A stretch of DNA of 64,000 nt, taken from contig OY740804.1 in NCBI GenBank assembly GCA_963514005.1, forward strand, positions 12,338,001 through 12,402,000. The letters are read 5' to 3'. Source of the stretch: Raja brachyura (taxonomy: Eukaryota). Each line of letters starts with the position of its first letter. Within the stretch, counting starts at the first letter, position 1. Made by a program: the position numbers and the translations under genes. The notes beneath the pieces are model-generated. The model had not been told where the DNA came from and made no database searches. It saw only the letters and a program-made list of their open reading frames with translations. Positions 1 to 14,675 of this stretch are shown here, in pieces.

Positions 1-133
1 ACTTCAACCACGTGATATTTTTTCTATTACAAATCTCAAATTGTGGAGTACAGAGGCAAATAAATAAATGATCTTTGTTCCAAACATCAGGGAGGGCATA
101 ATCTTTGTTCCAACGAATATGGAGGGCACTGTA
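1..133. mobile_element. Tc1/mariner-like terminal fragment
   Basis: Ends ...ATGGAGGGCACTG-TA (TA + CAGTGCCCTCCAT on the reverse strand). Confidence 0.5.
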
Positions 134-139
134 TATGAT

Positions 140-880
140 CACAGACTTCCCTGGGTCCGTGGTCAAATGGACCTCAGCTGGCGAGTCCAACCGGGGAGCA
201 CAGAAGTCCTTCCAGGTGAGACAGAGGTTCATGTGTAGCTCTAACCTCATCTACTGCATCTTGTGTTTACAATATTGCCTCCTTTACATCGGTGAGACTA
301 AGCAGACTTGGCAACAGTTTCGCCGAACACTTGCACCTGGTCCGCCAAGGACTACTGGATCTCCCAGTTGTTAACCATTTTAAACCTCCTTCCCATTCCC
401 TACTGACCTTCTTCCATTGTCAATGAGGCCACATACAAAATGGAGGAACAGCACATCACATTCCACGTGGGTAGCTTACAAAGCAATGGTGTGAACATTG
501 AATGCTCCAATTTTAGCTTTCCGTCTTCCATGGGTCCTACCTGGTCTCGCACCCATCTCTCCCCTTACTCTAGCATCATAACTTGCATAATTTCTATCCT
601 TAGCTCACACCTTTTTGTCTTTTCATTTCTGGCCCTTGTCCAACTATCTGCCTATCAAAATCCACCATCACTTGTACCACCCATCACTTGCCAAGCTTTG
701 TCCTAACCTTCCTCTTTCTTCCTCCCCATCACAATCAGTCTCACCGGGGGGGGGGGGGAAGAGGGGGTCTGACCTGAAACATCACCCTATACACGTTCTC
801 CAGAGATGCTGCCTGACTCACTGAGATACCCCAGCACTTTGTACTTTTTTGCAAAGCAGCACTTGTAGTTCCTTGTTTCT
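140..880 (+). mobile_element. Degenerate Penelope-like 3' fragment and terminal repeat
   Basis: KSFQVRQRFMCSSNLIYCILC...YIGETK; MEEQHITFHVGSLQ. Confidence 0.8.
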
Positions 881-2878
881 ACTGATGAACTCTACTTGCC
901 AAATATTCTCAGTTTTAAATCAGAAGACTTTTCAGGTTGCACATTTTCACAGAGAAAATAAAACCATTCAACCTGACAAACCATAGGAGTCTTCACAGGA
1001 AATAAAATGTGCCATTGTATCACAGACAAGGTTATTCAGATGGGCAATGGCACGAAAAGGTTGCTGCTGGCCACCTCTTGAAGCAGATGGATATTAATTA
1101 ACATCTGCCTTATTTCGAGAAAGCATATGAATTTTACTGCAACCTAGCCAGATCAAATTGATGTCACTAGTGGCTTTCAGGGAAGCAATTTTTCAAAGCA
1201 CAATTGCATAATGTTCGGCAATTAACCTGTTACTTTGAATTTCACATGACACATTTTAGGCAGAGCTGAGGCAAGGTAGCTTTCTGTGAAATTCACAAAT
1301 TAGTTTGGCAGAATACAATTCATGATATTGTTACCCAGATTTAGTTGGCATTAGCCAAATGATAGCCTTGGCTAAGCTAATAACTTGTTCACTTAATTAA
1401 AATTAGCCATTCAACTTCCCAGAATTGTGAATCCACAAAAAGATTCAATTAGCCTCACCACAAATATTAATTGTACTGTGACTAAACCATGCTAAAATTT
1501 AATTCCATTGAAACAGCCTAAATATTCTCCATTCAGAAAAAGCAGCACATATTAATGGAATACAAACAGGGTTTGCAAGGATTCTCCCATTTTTCCTGAA
1601 CAAAAGGTGTCACACCAAAGATATAACCAACATGCTGGAGTTACTCAGTGGGACAGGCAGCATCTCTGGAGATAAGGAATGGGTGACGTTTCTTCAAACT
1701 CAGTTCAAACTTGAACATTGAAAGCTTACAACAATTGCAATCTAGTTTATTCATACCGACATAACATCTGTGACATTAGCCAAAATTGTATTCTAAGGAT
1801 GAAACACAGACTTCAAAGTTAGAACATGAAGCAGCAAGGTAGAAATATCGTTGTCTTCTAAAGACCCTAAACCGGTTTGAAGCTTGGTTTATGGAGATCA
1901 TTTTTTAGTAAATCTTTTTCTGCCATAATAAATTGCTCAGTTTAAGTTGCTGTAGCATTTGATGGGAGATATAGCCTGAATTTTATGGCTAGATTAGAAC
2001 AGTCATTTAATTTGTGGTGAAGCTATCCTCATGCACATAGAGGGGGGAAAAAAAGAAAAGATTTTAAACTCTAACCTGGCATTGTGCCTTAATTTTAATA
2101 TAAATTGAATAACTATTCTGTAACCAAATGTGCTGAACGATGAACAAAATGTCCATTAATCATTAATAACCATACTTCCACAAAAAAATGGAACACCTTA
2201 TAATCCATTATGGGATATGTTTAGACGTGATTGTACAAGATGAGAAAACTAACCGACACTAGCTCCAGCAGCCACATAAAAATCATGCATTGAGATCCAG
2301 CCCAGAATCAGTATGATTATTTTACAGCCAGATGCCTGCAATATAGTGAACGGCCATTCCACCCACGTACTGAAAGAGCAGACATTTGGTTCCGTACCCT
2401 TTTTTTCTGCAACTCTAAACTCGTGTTCAAGTCCACAATCTTTTTACTGAACCAACTTCCATCACTTTTCAGATACCATGCAGTTCCCGATAATTAGGTG
2501 AAAATATCTCTCATTTATCATTGATCTTTTCCAACTAGTTTTAAACCAATGACGTTGATTTTACCATGTGTAATCTATAGAGAAATAGACTAATTGACCC
2601 ATAATTGAAGTGAGAAAAATAAAGCCTACATTAAAAGCCCTCACTTTGATGAACATAGTTCACTTTCAGCTTCATCATTCTACGATCAGAATAACTACAG
2701 ATATCTAACAGCCTTGATTTATATTTCTACAGCAGGTATAACATTCATATTGTAATCAGTTTTGGTCTGGAAATAAATGATGCCTTTGAAGAATCCAAGA
2801 GAACATCTTAAAATGTCTACAGAATCGACATCTTAAAGCAGGCCGAATCCAATCCTGTACATTAAAAATTCATGTTAC

Positions 2879-3043
2879 CTTTTCTTTACTTTTAGCCGGG
2901 CTGGTGGACTTAGATATTGATCCAGCAGCTTCTTTCTCCACTACTCCAAAGTAACGTTGCTCAGATTGGGTGTGAAACGACACTGTTCCTTTTGGAAGCT
3001 TTTTAATTCGAATTGCATGGTTCCTTTGAGCTGAAAGGACATC
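2879..3043 (-). CDS. CSDE1: CSDE1 coding exon, 165 nt (last exon found in the window)
   Basis: tctaag|GATGTC...GAAAAG|gtaaca; [55 protein letters not shown]. Confidence 0.97.
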
Positions 3044-3699
3044 CTTAGAAAAAACAAACTTTAATTACAGATTTTCACAGATAAGGCTAATACCCAATAG
3101 ACTGTTGCTAAGGAATGATTTTACCATGTGTAATCTATAGAGAAATAGACTAAATGTTTAATATTTCTGTAAAATATCTGAATTAATCATCTGTTCTGAT
3201 TAGAAGTGTAAAAAATGGAAGAGCCTTCATTCTTCTCCAGCACCATTCTCAACCAGACAGACTTAGTTTATTTTTATAGGACTGTGTCGCCCTGCCCTCT
3301 ACATTTACAATAATCTTGGACTGAATTACTACCTGCTGCATCAAAGTCCGATATGGGGATTAAATGACAGAACAGAAATAACCATTCTGTAACATTATTA
3401 TTTTTTTAATTACAGTAATCTTAATTTTATATCTGACATGGGCACCTTCTCTCCCTGAACTCTACTCAGAGCAGAACCCAGCGTACTCGAGAGTGTTTAA
3501 CTGCCATGTGCATTAGGAACAGAGCAATTAAATGTGTACTTGCTGCAGATTTTACTAGTCAATTCATGTAATAACACAAATTAAATATATAATAATCAAT
3601 GTACAATGAATTAAATCAGTAATGCTAGGTAACCAGACTATGAGAGTGCCAAATTGAAATAAGTAGTGCAGCCAAAGACAGTCCATTGATCAGAGTTGC

Positions 3700-4740
3700 T
3701 GAAGTAGGGATGTAGTTAGGGCTATGCATTGTGCAACAGCCTGATGGTGATGGGAAGCTTTTCTTGAACAAGGAGATCACAGTTCTTCCCATTGGGAGCA
3801 GCAAGATGAGAGTGTGGCCAGGATGGTGTGAATCACTGATGGCATTGGCTACATTTGAGGCAGCTCTTTCTGCAGATCCTTTTGATGGTAGGGAGGCAAA
3901 TACTCTGGGTGGAATTGGCAGTGGTTTCCACTTTATGCAGTCTCTTTCGTTCCTGGACATTCAAGTTACTGAACCAGGCCACGATGTAATCAGCCAGTAT
4001 GCTCTCTACTGTACACCTGAAGAGAGGCTCTAGAGTATCCAATCAACTCCGTGATCTTAGCAACGTCGAGCAGGAATGCTGCTCTGACAGCTTTTAGGTT
4101 ATCAATCTCCCTCCCATACTGTGACTTATCGTTGCCCATTATTCGCTCAGAGATGGTATTGTTGATGAATTTAAAGACGGCAAAGAGCTGCAACATGGGC
4201 ATAGAGAGTAGAGCAGAGGGTTGACCACAGCCTTAAGGTGTTCCTGTGCTGATGGTTGGACGAGGAACTGTTGCCGCCAATCGTACCGATTGAGGTCTCC
4301 TAATGAGGCAATCGAGGATCCAATTGCATCACGACTCATGTCAGACTTTAATGACTAGTTTAGAGGGGATGTGTCGAGCACCAAGAGTCAATGAACAACA
4401 GCCTGACATACATTTTTCTTGTCTTAGTGATGTTTTAGTGATCCAGTTAGAGGGGAGAGCCAGTGTCATCACATCCACTGCTGATCTGTTAAGGCGGTAC
4501 ATGAATGGAGAGGGGAGGGGGGGGGGGGGGGGGGGGGAATCCAGGTCCTTAAGGCAGGAGTTGATGTCATACCAAACTCTCAAGATAACTCATCACAACG
4601 GACGTGATGGTAGTTATTGAGGCTGGGCACCATGCTTTTCTTGGACACCCGTATTATGGATATCCTTTCAAAACAGGTGGGGACCTTAGTAGGGGAGGGT
4701 GGAATATGTCCACAAAGAACTCCAGCCGGTTGATCCACTC
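3700..4740 (-). mobile_element. Degenerate Rex1/Babar-type LINE fragment
   Basis: FRCTVESILADYIVAWFSN; FKKSF.PS C-terminal motif. Confidence 0.7.
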
Positions 4741-5950
4741 AGGCATCAGAGCTAGCTCATCACCACCACCACAGGGTTAATCCAGCAATAATTCGATGGG
4801 ACACGGCGACCACCTGGGTCATCCTTCCTTAATTGCCAACTATGTCAGTGATTCACCTTCCAATTTCTATCTAATGGCTGATCTGATCACCTGTCCCTAG
4901 TGTCAGTCACATAACATTTTGCCATTTGGCAGGATTTTAGCTTAAATTATCATCTATAATTACAGTTTTCTCTTAGATCTTGCACTGAAGTAGTGCACTT
5001 CCCCAGAATTTGGGCTTTGATCGTTAGTCTTATGAAGTTCCTAGTGATCTAGGTAATCAAAATCCACAGGAATTGGATGTGGTTAATTTTAATTGACATT
5101 TCTCACATGGAGGTCTTTGTCTCTCAAGGCTTGCGGGGAAACTGAATATTAAATGCTGATGAACATTCAGCTACGTGACTTTACTGTACACAGTCCCACA
5201 AATGGAATTAGGCACTCTTCCTGTTTTTCAACCATACTTTGGGAGGAGCCCAGGTATAATGAAAATCAGTTTCTAATCCTGAATCCTGAATCAAGAGTTC
5301 ATAAAAAAACAAAAAATGTGTGGATTAAGCACACAATGCAAGGTTACAAAACTTCACATTTTTAAACACACCTTGGTGTGCATGCAAGAATCCTGGCATT
5401 ATGCCAATACTTGACTGTAGGCCAATGAGACGTTGAAAATTCTTATATTTATATCAAAGTATAAAACTTGCACTGAGTTCGAAGCAATGGGTGATTAACA
5501 CGTTGTAAATGTAGTGGGCAAGCAGACATTACTCCTACACAACTCAAAGTCTGCCTCTAATAACTCGTCATTAGAGATTTCAAACTTTAATTTACTCAAT
5601 TATTTCCCCCCCCCCCCCCCGTTTTCTTCCTTTGTAAGGACTTGATATATGTTCCATGAGATACCATTCCTTTCTTAAGTAGCATTTCATATTTACCAGA
5701 ATAGTATTCCTCCAATTGGAACCAAAGATAAACAGTATTAAACATTAATTACCAATTTGGAATGTCATAATACACAGGCAGTTTGCTTACAATGTCATCA
5801 AGCTAACTTCAGACGTGAAATATAGACGACGTCATTTATACAGAGCGAGTAACAAGCCAGGACCCGAAGGCGAGGGTGCTGATCCATTATTAGCTTGAAC
5901 ACATCTGTGTTTAGATTTTAGTAAAAGCACTCAATAATTAAAGCACTTAC

Positions 5951-6091
5951 GGGGACAACTGTGAATTCAACCTCATCCGAGATGTGGAGCTGCAGACTAT
6001 CCATGATCTCACTAAAGTGGAAGAACATTCGAGCATCGCGATCTACACATTTAATGAAACCAAATCCATCCCTCATAGCTGCAATCACACC
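5951..6091 (-). CDS. CSDE1: CSDE1 coding exon, 141 nt
   Basis: ctatag|GGTGTG...GTCCCC|gtaagt; [47 protein letters not shown]. Confidence 0.97.
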
Positions 6092-6381
6092 CTATAGAAA
6101 CAAGAGAACCTGTAACTCTTCAGGGAAGGAGAATACACAACTTTGGAAATTTTAATGTGGAAGTATCTCCATTGATATTTAACTCTCCTTAGCATAGTCT
6201 TTAGTCACAGCAGAAAATCTAAATAGTGATCTTAACTCGTGCTCCCAACTGTTATCTCACTATCTGCTACTTTGTCTCCCCTTATAAAACCATAGTGACT
6301 GTTAAAGTCACTAATATCTTGTAGTATCCTAACAGTATATTGGATATATTAAGAAGAGCGGTTTAAAATATAAAAACCTAC

Positions 6382-6594
6382 CAGTTCTCTGGATTCTTCA
6401 GTTACGTCAAACGAATCAGTCAGGATTTCAATGTTTGTAGCACGCTCTAATTTGTCACGTCGATCAGTGGAGATATTAAACCTGACATGGTCACCTTCTA
6501 ATAAAGTCACTTTAGATCTGGTGTCCTTATCTCCAAAGGGAAGTTCTTTGGAAATGGCGAAGTTTACTTTGATACGTCCTGGCAAAGGATCAGT
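6382..6594 (-). CDS. CSDE1: CSDE1 coding exon, 213 nt
   Basis: ttttag|ACTGAT...GAACTG|gtaggt; TDPLPGRIKVNFAISKELPFGDKDTRSKVTLLEGDHVRFNISTDRRDKLERATNIEILTDSFDVTEESREL. Confidence 0.98.
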
Positions 6595-7468
6595 CTAAAA
6601 AAAGTGACAACTATTTTAGTAGGTAAAGTAATAGCATGCAAAGATTAATAATTCAGAAAAATATTGCTGAAACAGTAAACCCAAATTAAAAATAAATGCA
6701 TTTTGTAATGTTTTCAGAAACATTTTTGTAGGGAAGAATCTTATCACGGGGCTGGTATTGTTTATGGATTAATAAACTGTAAAAGGATTACATGCAATGG
6801 ATAGAGTGGTTTTATTGCTCATTTGCTTGAACTGGTTTGGTCAATTTTCAAAGATGTTGACATTTACTATCACATTAGCGGACAAAGCATACAGGTCAAA
6901 CCACTCATGGTATTTAGCATAGAAATCACTAGTGTCCAGTGAAAATGTTTTATTGTAACCCCTGCCTCTCAATGCTATCACTGACATTAGACATTTCTTG
7001 ATTAGAACGGGTGTTAAGGGTTATGGGGAGAAGGCAGGAAAATGGGATTAGGAGGCAGAGATCAGACATGATTGAATAATGGAACAGACAAGATGGCTGA
7101 ATGGCCTATTTCTACTATAACTTGTGACATTAATTCACAATTAATTCTATTTCCCAGTCATAGATGTATGTGGCTTGATACGTGGACGATTATTCTTTTT
7201 AAAAACAGTGGCAGGTGCCTGGAACACGCTGCAAAAAAGCAGATATAAAAGTATTGTTCAAGCGAAATTTAGACAGGGAATGCAGGGATGTGCATCACAT
7301 GCAGGCAGACGGGATTAAATTTGGCGTCATGTTTGGCACAGATATTGTGGATTGAGGGACCCGTTTCTGTACTGTACTGCTCTGTGTTCTATGACTTGCA
7401 TTTGGGCATTATGCACTTGTACTTAAAATGATTTCTTATATGTTCCCGTCTTTCCCATTTGTATTTTT

Positions 7469-10345
7469 AGAAACATAGACATAGAAACATAGAAAACAGG
7501 TGCAGGAGGCCATTCGGCCCTTCGAGCCAGCACCGCCATTCATTGTGATCGTCCCCAATTAATAACCCGTGCCTGCCTTCCCCTCATATCCCTTGACTCC
7601 ACCAGCCCCTAGAGCTCTGTCTAACTCTCTTAAATCCATCCAGTGACTTGGCCTCCACTGCCCTCTGTGGCAGGGAATTCCATAAATTCACAACTCTCTG
7701 GGTAAAAGTTTTTTCTCACCTCAGTCCTAAATTGCCTCGCCCCTTATTCAATGACTGTGGCCCCTGGTTCTGTACTCGTCCAACATTGGGACCATTTTTC
7801 CTGCATCTAGCTTGTCCAGTCCTTTTATAATTTTATATGTTTCTATAAGATCCCCCCCCCCATCCTAAACTCCAGTGAATACAAGCCTAGTCTTTTCCAT
7901 CTTTCCTCATATGACAGTCCGTCCATCCATCCCAGGGATCAACCTTGTGAACCTATGCTGCACTGCCTCAATCACAAGGATGTTCTTCCTCAAATTAGGA
8001 GACCTAAACTGTACACAATACTCAAGATGTGGTCTCACCAGAGCCCTATACAACTGCAGAAGAACCTCTTTACTCATATACTGAAATCCTCTTGTTATGA
8101 AGGCCAACATTCCATTAGCTTTCTTCACTGCCTGCTGTACCTGCATGCCAATTTTCAGTGACTGGTGTACAAGGACACCCAGGTCTCGCTGCACCTCCCC
8201 TTTACTTAACCTAACCCCATTGAGATAATAATCTGTCCCGTTGTTTTTGCCGCCAAAGTGGATAACCTCACATTTATCTATATTATACTGCATCTGCCCA
8301 CTCACTCAACCTGTCCAGGTCACCCTGCAACCTCCAAACATCCTCTTCACAGTTCACACTGCCACCCAGCTTTGTGTCATCCACATACTTGCTAGTGTTG
8401 CTCCTAATTCCCCCTTCCAAATCATTAATATATATGGTAAACAGTTGCGGCCCCAACACCGAGCCTTGCGGCACTCCACTCGCCACTACCTGCCATTCTG
8501 AAAAGGACCCGTTCACTCCTACTCTATGCTTCCGGTCTGCCAATAAATTTTCTATCTATGTCAACCTACCCCCAATAAAATGTGCTCTAATTTTAGTCAT
8601 CAGTCTCCCGTGCGGGACCTTATCAAAGGCTTTCTGAAAGTCTAGATACACCACATCCACTGGCACACCTTCATCCATTTTACTGGCCTCAAAAAATTCC
8701 AGAAGATTAGTCAAGCATGATTTCCCTTTCATAAATCCATGTTGACTTGGACTAATCCTTTTAATCCTATACAAATGCCCCATTATTACCTCTTTAATAA
8801 TTGACTCCAGCATATTTCCCACCACCGAAGTCAGGCTAACTGGTCCGTAAATCCCCGTTTTCTCTCTCGCTCCTTTCTTGAAAAGTGGGATAACATTAGC
8901 TATCCTCCAATCCACAGGAACTGATCCTGAATCTATTGAACATTGGAAAATGATCACCAATGCGTCCACTATTTCTAGAGCCGCCTCCCTGAGGACCCTG
9001 GGATGCAGACCATCAGGCCCAGGGGATTTATCATCCTTCAATCCCATTAGCCTACGCAATACTATTTCTCGCCTAATGAAAATTTATTTCAGTTTCTCTA
9101 CCCCCTTAGATCCTCTGTCCTCCAGTACATCTGGGAGATTGTTTGTGTCTTCCTTAGTGAAGACAGATCCGAAGTACCTATTCAACTCTTCTGCCATTTC
9201 TTTGTTGCCCATAATTATTTCACCCATGTCTGCTTTCAAAGGACCCACATTTGACTTTGCTACTCTTTTTCCCTTAACATATCTAAAGAAGCTTTTACTG
9301 TCCTTCTTTATATTCCTGGCCAACTTCCCTTCGTACTTCATCTTTACAGCCCATATTGCCTGTTTTGTTTCCTTCTGTTGTCCTATGAAAGTTTCCCAAA
9401 CCTCTGGCTTCCGGCTACTCTTTGCTGTGTTATAAATCTTTTCTTTTAGTTGTATTCTATCCCTAACTTCTCTTGTCAGCCACGGTTGCCTCCTACTCAC
9501 CGTAGAATCTTTCTTCCTTTTTGGAATGAAATGATCCTGCGTCTTCCGGATTATGCCCATAAATTCCTGCCATCGCTGTTCCACCGTCATTCCTGCTCGG
9601 ATCCCTTTCCAGTCTACCTTGCCCAGCTCCCCTCTCGTGCCTTCATAGTCCCCTTTGTTCAACTGCATCACTGACACTTCCGATTTAACGTTCTCCTTCT
9701 CAAATTGCCGATTAAAACTAATCATATTATGATCACTACCTCCAAGCGGTTCCGTTACTTCGAGTTCTCTTATCATATCTGGTTCATTGGACAACACTAA
9801 ATCCAGAATTGCCTTTTCTCTGGTCGACTCCATTACAAGCTGCTCTAAGAATCCATCTCGGAGGCATTCTACAAACTCTGTTTCTTGGGGTCCTGAATCA
9901 ACCTGATTTTCCCAGTCTCCCTGCATATTGAAATATCCCATCACCATAGTGGCATTACCTTTGTTACATGCCAGTTTTAACTCCTGCTGCAACTTACACC
10001 CTACATCCGGGCTACTATTTGGGTATCTGTAGATAACACCAATTAGTGTCTTCTTGCCTTTACAATTCCTCAACACAATCCGCAGTGACTCTGCCTCGTC
10101 AGTCCCTATGTCTTCCCTCGCAAGGGACTGAATTCCATCCCTCACCAGCAGAGCTACCACCCCCACCCCCCCTCTCTTCTGCCCACCAGCCTGTCCTTTC
10201 TATAGGATGTATAACCCTGAATATTAAGTTCCCAGGCCTGATCCTCCTGCAGCCACGTCTCGGTAATCCCCACAATGTCAAATCTACCAACCACTAACCA
10301 AGCCTCAAGCTCATCTACTTTACTTCTTATACTTCGTGCATTCAT
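7469..10345 (-). mobile_element. CR1 LINE, near-complete degenerate ORF2 (APE endonuclease + RT) with 3' microsatellite tail
   Basis: ORF fragments NARSIRSKVDEL/GITETWL, KSPGPDGLHPRVL, YLDFQKAFDKVPH, GVPQGSVLGP, YVDDTKL, LYRALVRPHLEYCVQF; (TTTCTATG)n-like tail at 7469-7497. Confidence 0.95.
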
Positions 10346-10595
10346 TTTGATTTGATTCTTCTCACAGCCTTTTTGAAGCAACAGTTAATGCCATTTATTT
10401 GTTAGAATGTTTAAACATAAAATTGTTTGCCCAATTACCAATATTTTGAAGAGTTACAAAAAATGGTGGTAGAATTATTGGACATAATATTTTCCAGAGA
10501 ACACTTGCTACCTGTAACAAGTGTTCTTTGTTCTCTTCAATCCTGTACTTAACAACTTGTATCTTCTAAAAAGAACAAACGTGTACTACATTTAC

Positions 10596-10721
10596 CTGGG
10601 TTTTACTGGATACTTTTGGAATAATTTTTGTGACAGTTCCATCAAACTGTTCAATACTAACATCCTCAAATATAACAGTTCCTTGGGGTAACAGTTTCAC
10701 TTCAGTGGCAACTTCTTTTCC
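10596..10721 (-). CDS. CSDE1: CSDE1 coding exon, 126 nt
   Basis: atctag|GGAAAA...ACCCAG|gtaaat; GKEVATEVKLLPQGTVIFEDVSIEQFDGTVTKIIPKVSSKTQ. Confidence 0.97.
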
Positions 10722-13058
10722 CTAGATAAAAACAAAAATCCGACGTGTTTTTACTAAGGTTATTTCAAATAATTATTTTGAGAGCATTTCAATTTTTTTC
10801 CTGAATACGTTTTAAATCTGGGCATGTACAAAATGAGCAAAATTGTTTTGGAAATTTTCTAACAACGAAGAGTTACGATTAGCTTCCCACTTGCAGAAAT
10901 GTACTGTGAATTTTTATATATTTCTAGATATTTACTAAAGAATTGCACATCTTAGAATCATAAAACATCACACCCCATTATGATGGCTGTAACAGTAAGA
11001 AACCTGATGTAAAGAAATCTTTCATAATTTTACAATATGGAATCCTCATAGTTCTGAGATCAAGTACAAATTCGGTCACATCACATCTATCTGCAGTTTC
11101 ACATCATGGCAGATTCAAATGTTGTACCATTGTTATATCAGTACCAAATCACCTCACGTGCTAGCAGTTAATGGAAGCATCATTTCAGGTAGGAAAGCAG
11201 ATGTACTGCTCTCACCTTATTTCAGAAGGAAACAAAATGTGTTATTATAAGGGGAGTCATGAATGTAGCCAAAATTATAATTCCAAGGATTCTGACATCT
11301 ACGATCTCAAATTGGCAGAATTAGTTAACTAATCTTGAATACACAGATTGGTCACATCACCCGAGCCTTAAAAATGGAACTCTACCCCAATCATTTCCCA
11401 CAAAAGACAAAATGTAACTCAGTGGGTCAGCGTCTCTGGAATATATGAAAAGGTAATTTTTGGGTCGGGACCGTTCTTAACACAAATTCAAAAGATTTAA
11501 AAGAGATGTGGGGGGGGGGGGGGGGGGACAAGTGATGTGGATACAGATGAGGGGGAATTTTATCGGCAGATGGGTGGATAGGGACCAGAAATGAAAAGTC
11601 AAGGCTGTAAGGAGACAAGCGGCGTAAATTGTGAAGCTAGAGGAAGGGATATAGGTGGAATGGGACAGGGGGATAAATGGGTGTGCATTTGGTGGTTCAC
11701 AGCGAAGAAGGACAAAAAGGGGGACGGATTGTTACCCAAGGTTGGAGAATTCAATGTAAGCTACCCAAGGGGAATGATGTCCAGCAAGCCTAGGTATACC
11801 TACAACGTCACCTATCCATGTACTCCCTGGAAGCTTCTTGATCTGCACAGCTACTCCATACTTTGTATCTTTTTGTTAAGCATAGGCTTAGATTGTAATT
11901 GAAAACCTCAGCTACATAGTTCAACGTGACGTGTATAAATGTACAGATTTGAGAAAATTAGCCACAAATTGCACACATGCATTTTCAGAATTTTTTAAAG
12001 TCTGGAATTCACATTCAAATAAAATGAACATCCACAGTATGCCTAAAGGATAACACTTTTCATCCTCACACTAGATGTCACTATTACCAAAAACAAATTC
12101 CTAATCCTCATGGATTATATATCCATAGGCCAATCCTTTGAGGAAGGAAAAAAAAGCCACCCACGGAAATTTAAACATGTTCTTTGCAAATGTTTTGTAA
12201 AGATAGGTCTTATCAGCTCAGCTGGCTTCTGCCTGTGTATATGGATCGACATACACCTTTGTACATTTCATCTTAGCCCATACATGTCAGTGTTCCTTCA
12301 GAAGAAATGTTCTCATTCAGATGTTGAAGCTATGGATTTCCCTGTCAGATAACACTGGAGTCTAACTGAATATATTTAAGGGATGGAGCTTTCTAGACAA
12401 CAAAGGAGTCTTTCAAGAAAGCTGGAATATGAGATAAAGAGTAGTGATTGTACTGTATGGCAGAACAGGCTTGAGTGTAGGACAAAGAAAAGCCAAAATA
12501 ATATTGTTTCTTATAAAGGATAACGTGTGTATTAAATCCTGGTAGCCAAGCACGCACTTAGTTAATTTAACTTTTCTTGCACTTTACTCATTTGTTTCCA
12601 GAGCCAGTACCTTAAAACGAGGGCCACTGACTGTGCCGATCCTCACTGTATCCCCAGCCACTGGCAGGCCCGGGTCATCGACGTGGCCTGATTCGACAGC
12701 AGCACGGGCCAGTTCCAGGCCGGCAGCAACTCCAACTGCTTCCTCTTGATTGACCCTCCTGGCACCTATTGTTCCGCTAGATGCCTTCAAACCGTTGACA
12801 ACACTGACACTGCTGTGCTCTGCTGCCCTCTCATATCCCCATGCTAACCATGAGACTTCTCCTCGCCACTTCATCCTCCGATCTGAGCCCCCATCCTCCC
12901 TCCACCTCAGGGTCTGGGTCTATCTCCAGCCCCAACCACTGTCGGTGTTTCACCAGCCCGCCCACATGTAACGCTGTCCTCAGCAATTGCTTTAGTTTTT
13001 AACCCGTACGCCCACACTTCAAATATACCCACATTAGTTATCCTTCAACAACGCTTAC

Positions 13059-13187
13059 ATTTCTTTCTTTGATCGTAAATTCCACATCATCGCCAGGTTG
13101 CAATGTGTCCAGATTTCCTTTGAATTCGCTATAATGGAAGAAGATCTCTTTCACAAGGTCACCTCTTTCAATGAATCCAAATGCTTC
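13059..13187 (-). CDS. CSDE1: CSDE1 coding exon, 129 nt
   Basis: tcacag|GAAGCA...AGAAAT|gtaagc; EAFGFIERGDLVKEIFFHYSEFKGNLDTLQPGDDVEFTIKERN. Confidence 0.97.
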
Positions 13188-14593
13188 CTGTGAATTTCAG
13201 TAAAGAATTAGTGCTGACACAATGTCCTTAAATTACATCCATGCATACAAGATCCTCATGGATTAAACTTACACATTTTTTCTGATAAAAGTTCAGTTAA
13301 GTGTATGTTGGCTTAAAATATGCAACTATCTTGCTTCCCCAACAAATGTACACTTGCACTGGTATAATCATTTCCCTGCTGTATTGAAACTTGAAAGACA
13401 TTTGGACAGGTACATGATAGGAAAGGTTTAGTGGGATACGAGCAAAACTTGACTAAGTTAGTCATACAAAATGGCAACGGGCCTAACTTGATCAGCATGG
13501 ACGAGCTGGGCCGAAGGGCCCATTTCCATGCTGTATGGTCTAAATATTGGACGCAATGCAGAAAAGTACTCAAACCACATTAACATACACACTTGCTTGG
13601 CCCTTTTGAAACACACCACTATATTTCCTATTTTGAAGTCATGAGCAAAAGATTGGGATGAGTTAAACGATAGTTTTCTGATATCAAATTTACAAACTTT
13701 GTCCTAAAATCCAAAGAAACTACTGCAAACCAATGAAAAAGGGTGATTTTTAAAATTTTAAAAAGGCACCTTCAATCAAATTCTGAAAATCAGTAGTGCT
13801 TTCAGGAAATCAGAGGGCATGGCAACTGAGCATGAACCATGGTCAGAGGCTTGAAGGGCAAAAGAAAAAGCCATTCCTGCTTCCTTTTCCCACAACCCAA
13901 CAATTCATCTTAATTGAAATCAGCATCTGCAGTTCCTTCTTACACAAATCATCATGTGCATATTTTGAAAATATCAGATGAATCGAGCAAATGATAACTA
14001 AAAATCCATATTGTTATTTAACAGCGTAACATACCAGTAGGTTACAGTGGGAATGTGACATTTTATGTAGCCAAACCAAAAAGTGTGATAAAAGGAAACA
14101 AAAAGACACAAATCGTAGGATATTTAATTAAACAGCAGAATTGTTAATATACATGCTAAATATTTTCTGCATTTGTTTCCCCCCCCCCCCACACCTCAAG
14201 GACTGAGAGCATTGAGACTGGGCAAAAACAAAAAATGGGACTCAAGGTACACAATTAAACATTATATAAATGAATGGGAGAACAGGCGTTAGCAGACAAA
14301 ATATTCCACTCCTATTTCTTATAACCAAAACTTAAAACTGTCATATTCAGGACATACAAAAGGTGCACTATATAAAACAGTAAGAATATTAAACCAATCC
14401 AATTATTTTGGCAGATTTTGTTTAAGGTTCAACTGCCCTTGATTATTCAAAATTCTTCACTGTTTTGTCCCTGTACGTTTCGGCTTTACAAACAAGTCTG
14501 CTATCTTCCTGTGAACAGAAATGTTACCAGCTTTCCATACATCAACATTATCCATCCCTTCCATGATAACAAGTGTCTAAATAGGAAACCTAC

Positions 14594-14675
14594 CTTCATG
14601 GCACAAACTACACCTTGACATCGGCCCTGTTTCTTCTTCACCAGTACAATGTTGTGAGCGTTTACAGCACCAGTA
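14594..14675 (-). CDS. CSDE1: CSDE1 coding exon, 82 nt
   Basis: tgtcag|TACTGG...ATGAAG|gtaggt; (H)TGAVNAHNIVLVKKKQGRCQGVVCAMK. Confidence 0.96.

Noticed and set aside
12584-12971. GC-rich patch with short ORFs
   Set aside because: Looks like an unclassified TE remnant; no splice support or CSDE1 similarity
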